A stretch of DNA of 64,000 bases from Gammaproteobacteria bacterium (GTDB taxonomy: Bacteria > Pseudomonadota > Gammaproteobacteria > CBDBNL01 > JAAOII01). Under the pieces are notes generated by a model that had not been told where the DNA came from, ran no database searches, and worked only from the letters and a program-made list of their open reading frames with translations. A program made the translations under genes and the position numbers. Below are positions 61,401 through 64,000 of the stretch, one piece after another; position 1 is the first letter of the stretch, and each line of letters starts with the position of its first letter. The DNA lies in the NCBI GenBank assembly GCA_965209035.1, contig OZ242372.1, positions 768,001-832,000 of the forward strand, given 5' to 3'.

Positions 61401-64000
61401 AAGCGCAGATTACGCACAGTGCCACTCGCCGCACCAAACAACCCAACACCATACCTGTTGGCCGCAGCACGAATAGGCAAATTGGATAACTCGTTCCCGC
61501 CGCCGTCAAAGATCCCGGAATAAGGCACACAGTCGTCCGCCGCGGCGCAAAAGCCAATCGGTCGCCAGTCACCGCCGCTCCAATCGGCATAGTAGGTTAC
61601 CGGACTCCGATAGGCTGCCGGGTTCCGATAAGATGCCCTGTCTTGAAAGTCCAATGAGTGCACCAGTTCATAGCCGAAGCAACCACCGATCGGACAGCCG
61701 TTATCCCCCAATGCCTCAAAAGTGTCGGCCTGAGAGTTATCCTGGCCATCGCCGTCCCAATCGGCATTCAAGCTCTCCAGATCGTCCAAAAAGTAAATCT
61801 CTATCAGACCGTTGTTATCATCGTCTCTGTCCACTAAGTTTTCTTCAAAGTCCCCGTCACTGTCCTCACAAGCATCTCCCAGACCATTTCTATCCTCATC
61901 GGTCTGCAACGGATTAGGTACAAACTGACAACTATCGAGCGTATCATTCACACCATCATTATCATCATCCGGGTCCAAAAAGTTCGGCAGCAGATCGGAG
62001 TCAAAGTTGATACCTGTGACGACACTTCTACTGACAGGACCATATCGCCGCCCATCAACGCCAACCAAAATAACCGACACATTATAACGCACGCGGTTCT
62101 GCAAACGCCGAATAGCATAAGCAGCCGTGCCATCGGAATCAAGTTGGGTTCTTTTGGTAGCCATCCTTTCCCGTCCGCCACCGCTCCAATGAATTTCAAA
62201 TGCCTTGATCGCACCAAACGGATTAACCCAGTTCAACTCAATATTGGTACTACCCGGTTGCGCCCTCAGATTAAAGACGGAGCCTATCGCACTTTCGCGG
62301 CGGCCTTGTCCTCGACTCAATAACTTTTCGAAAACACAGGTGAGTGCCGGATACTGAGCGATATCGCCCAGATCCCAAGCACGCCGAATATCCTCCGTCA
62401 AGTCCGTAGCATCGTCCGTATCCGTAAAGGCTCCCGTGGCCGAATCACACCAAAAGTCTGCCCAATTGCCGTAAACTCCTTGAAAAAGAATCTCCCTTTG
62501 CAACGCCCCGGTTGTGAGACCCTCGCCGGGGGCCGCAGGATTACTGTCCTCTTGCCCCGTTCGTTGTACATCCCAATAAGAATTTTCAGCGGTAAAATCA
62601 TCGGTCCCCGCAAGACCACCGACAAAAGAAGAACCCGTTACGGGTCCGTTGGCCGCATAAGAAGAAACAATCCGCGCGGAAGGACTTGCCACAATGTAAC
62701 CCACCAGGCCGCCCACATAACTCTCGCCACTGACCGGACCGCCGACCGCATAAGAAGCAATAATGGAAGACGAACCCCCGCGCCCGAGCAAGCCACCCAC
62801 AGCTTCGCCCCCGGCACCGCCGCCAACCCTTTGGCCGGCCGCATAGGAGCCTCTGATCATCGCATTCGTCCCGTCTCCAATCAAGCCGCCAATATTTTGT
62901 GTCCTATCGCCACCGCGGATATCTCCGCCGGACATATAAGAATTGGTGATCATCGCATCTACTCCTTTGCCTATCAGTCCGCCAAGATCACGCGAGTTGT
63001 CACCGCCACTGACATTTGTGTCCGCCACATAGGACACATCAACCTCCGCATCGCGGCCGTTGCCGATCAAGCCGCCGACAGACGTCGCCTCTCCGGACGA
63101 GCCGACAGTACCCTCCGTAAAAGACGAAAACTGAACTCTTGCATCCTGACCCGATCCCGCCAGACCACCCACGGAATAGGCATTTTGACTCAATACATGG
63201 CCTTCAATGACCACATGTTCCGCAACAATGCCGTTGCCAAATCCCACAAGAACCCCGATATGTCCTTTGCCACCGGTGATGTTGGCGTCTATCAGCCGCA
63301 AATTCCGGACAGAACCGGAAGCGGCGCCAAACAAACCGACACCATAGTCATCGGCAGCGGCGCGAATACGGAGGTTGGCAATGGTATGATCGTTTCCTTC
63401 AAATACCCCCGCGTATGGAACACACGCAGAACCGGAAGAGCAAAAACCAATAGACACCCAATTAGCCGACAGAACCGCCATACTGCTGTTCGCATCCGCA
63501 TAGGAATCTGCCAAATTAAAATCCAAAGAACGCGCGAGTTCGTAACCAATGCACCCGTCCGAATGGCAGCCAATGCTTCCCGCCGCAGTCACATTATCAC
63601 CGGCATCGTCAAAACGATTGTCATCGTTTCCGTCACCATTGAGATCATCGCGCATACCGACAAGATCTTCAATCGCATCAATTTCTATTAGCCTATTATT
63701 GTCCCTGTCACTATCCAAAAGATCTATAATGCCGTCTCCGTCCAAATCTTCCCGATCACAAACATCACCAATTTCATCGTCATCCAGATCTCTTTGCATC
63801 GGGTTGAAATCCAACGGACAATTATCATCCGCATCCGCAACTCCGTCATCATCCGCATCCGCAATTCCGTCACCATCCGCATCCGCGTGATTGTCGTCAT
63901 TGTCATCCAAAGAATCCGGCAAACTGTCATTATCCGCATTCGGACCGGGCCGACGGATAATAGCAACGGAAGAATACGCTTGACCGTCCGTGGCAACCAC
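58412..64000 (-). CDS. Giant repetitive surface/secreted protein (FN3-like, thrombospondin type-3 and GLUG modules), 3' part only
   Basis: Open frame of >1860 codons running off the window end; DNCP..FNP.Q.D.D.D.IGD.C repeats, many VGGL(V/I)G motifs, FN3-like L.W.NP...Y.(V/I)S segments; three ~650-aa modules each ending in GQGR. Confidence 0.85.
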   Translation of the reverse strand: MVATDGQAYSSVAIIRRPGPNADNDSLPDSLDDNDDNHADADGDGIADADDDGVADADDNCPLDFNPMQRDLDDDEIGDVCDREDLDGDGIIDLLDSDRDNNRLIEIDAIEDLVGMRDDLNGDGNDDNRFDDAGDNVTAAGSIGCHSDGCIGYELARSLDFNLADSYADANSSMAVLSANWVSIGFCSSGSACVPYAGVFEGNDHTIANLRIRAAADDYGVGLFGAASGSVRNLRLIDANITGGKGHIGVLVGFGNGIVAEHVVIEGHVLSQNAYSVGGLAGSGQDARVQFSSFTEGTVGSSGEATSVGGLIGNGRDAEVDVSYVADTNVSGGDNSRDLGGLIGKGVDAMITNSYMSGGDIRGGDRTQNIGGLIGDGTNAMIRGSYAAGQRVGGGAGGEAVGGLLGRGGSSSIIASYAVGGPVSGESYVGGLVGYIVASPSARIVSSYAANGPVTGSSFVGGLAGTDDFTAENSYWDVQRTGQEDSNPAAPGEGLTTGALQREILFQGVYGNWADFWCDSATGAFTDTDDATDLTEDIRRAWDLGDIAQYPALTCVFEKLLSRGQGRRESAIGSVFNLRAQPGSTNIELNWVNPFGAIKAFEIHWSGGGRERMATKRTQLDSDGTAAYAIRRLQNRVRYNVSVILVGVDGRRYGPVSRSVVTGINFDSDLLPNFLDPDDDNDGVNDTLDSCQFVPNPLQTDEDRNGLGDACEDSDGDFEENLVDRDDDNNGLIEIYFLDDLESLNADWDGDGQDNSQADTFEALGDNGCPIGGCFGYELVHSLDFQDRASYRNPAAYRSPVTYYADWSGGDWRPIGFCAAADDCVPYSGIFDGGGNELSNLPIRAAANRYGVGLFGAASGTVRNLRLKNVTIAGGEGDIGTLAGYGRGLVADNVSVVGTDIASPDATSVGGLVGDGSGTEILFSSVTGGSVLGESRVGGLLGTDADGSVIRSSFFTDGRVSGRGVLGGLLGFGIRTAINFSYVADANVRGNLNSYGRLGGFGGETQGVKIVASYTSDVNVSVPAVNSVATAVGGLLGASRDSILNGNRMTPRIVASYTLGGAVIGDSRVGGFVGDPQFGDVSSSIEVVSSYALNGPIVETSNGGQIGTFLGTSLSAPNFAENSYWNSDATGLTRALPSDQPSGALGLSGTALQQPTNFTGIYAAWGNFWCDPSTGTFAETDDATELTTDAYRAWDLGDVDQYPALTCVPGGVMSRGQGRPVAKGPVRDLVAAPLAGGVLLSWMNPSGETRAIEINWQGAGVTRTVLSTDELRSSVRAFYRLENLADETEYNISLFVIAADGRRYGPTNTSVITGRNTDGDLLPDFLDPDDDNDDVNDDTDNCPMLFNPLQTDKNRNNIGDVCEDTDGDNVIGLNDADDDNNGLIEIHTLDDLARLRDDLDGDGADDGRITGITAVGSVGCPSSGCAGYELARSLNFSDADSYNASSVNMDDWTDPAGSGWVPIGSCSNENTCNARYTATFDGGGYHIADLFIAAADTVSGVGLFASLQDGSIQNLRLLNANVSGGAANVGLLVGFTGSGSARYENLSVIGGTITSPGRNRVGGMIGYAESASGSHVEIRDSHVSDIVVSGDASVGGLIGQADEATIRAVSVFNVTVAGTGRGVGGLVGVMNDAMIRAVSVFGGTVTGTNNIGGMVGERLTGESLDPSTSNVQPVEIHHSYVSGVDVSGNNQVGGLIGSGDISTIHHSYVVGGRVFGNNRVGGLVGGGGPDIRYSYVATPVSGGRAVGGLLGSNVLRSTLTPTVIASYWDNEITGQSTSAGTPGSRGEGKTMPELQDPTTFADSIYADWGNFWCDPDSLEIRENRTAGGPGAPFVPVWDLGGVDQYPALACVPGGIVGSGQGR

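Noticed and set aside
62480-63691. 403-aa + strand ORF
   Set aside because: Antisense to the giant GLUG-repeat gene; explained by codon bias.

Overview
Gene-dense chromosomal window from a gammaproteobacterium-like genome (inferred from gene content and order). Operons are heavily shuffled and the proteins divergent, a pattern consistent with a host-associated lineage (inference). Most of the window is housekeeping: sucC', lpdA, hom, dsbC, rpsP-rimM-trmD-rplS, guaB, nadA, serA, thiDE, tadA, guaA, gmd-fcl, aroQ-accBC, riboflavin synthase, slt, pdxB, rpe, sppA, acnA, cca, rsmE, mdh, tRNA-Leu(CAA), pdxA-rsmA-apaG-apaH and argC. The most notable accessory elements are: (1) a ~690-bp array of exactly 41-bp units, in four sequence classes that all keep the same dyad through compensatory changes, directly upstream of a Fic gene; (2) an intact IS1634-family element with a 212-bp target duplication; (3) a decayed restriction-modification cassette with an intact SPPY-type methyltransferase, an unannotated His-Me/zinc-finger endonuclease pseudogene hit by an IS1595-derived MITE, and a flanking ~440-bp sppA duplication; (4) a coupled pair of Rieske-domain fusion enzymes (FMN glutamate-synthase-like and ThDP pyruvate-oxidase-like); (5) a glycosyltransferase cluster; and (6) the 3' part of a giant FN3/TSP3/GLUG repeat protein. 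All product calls come from reading motifs by eye; no database searches were run.
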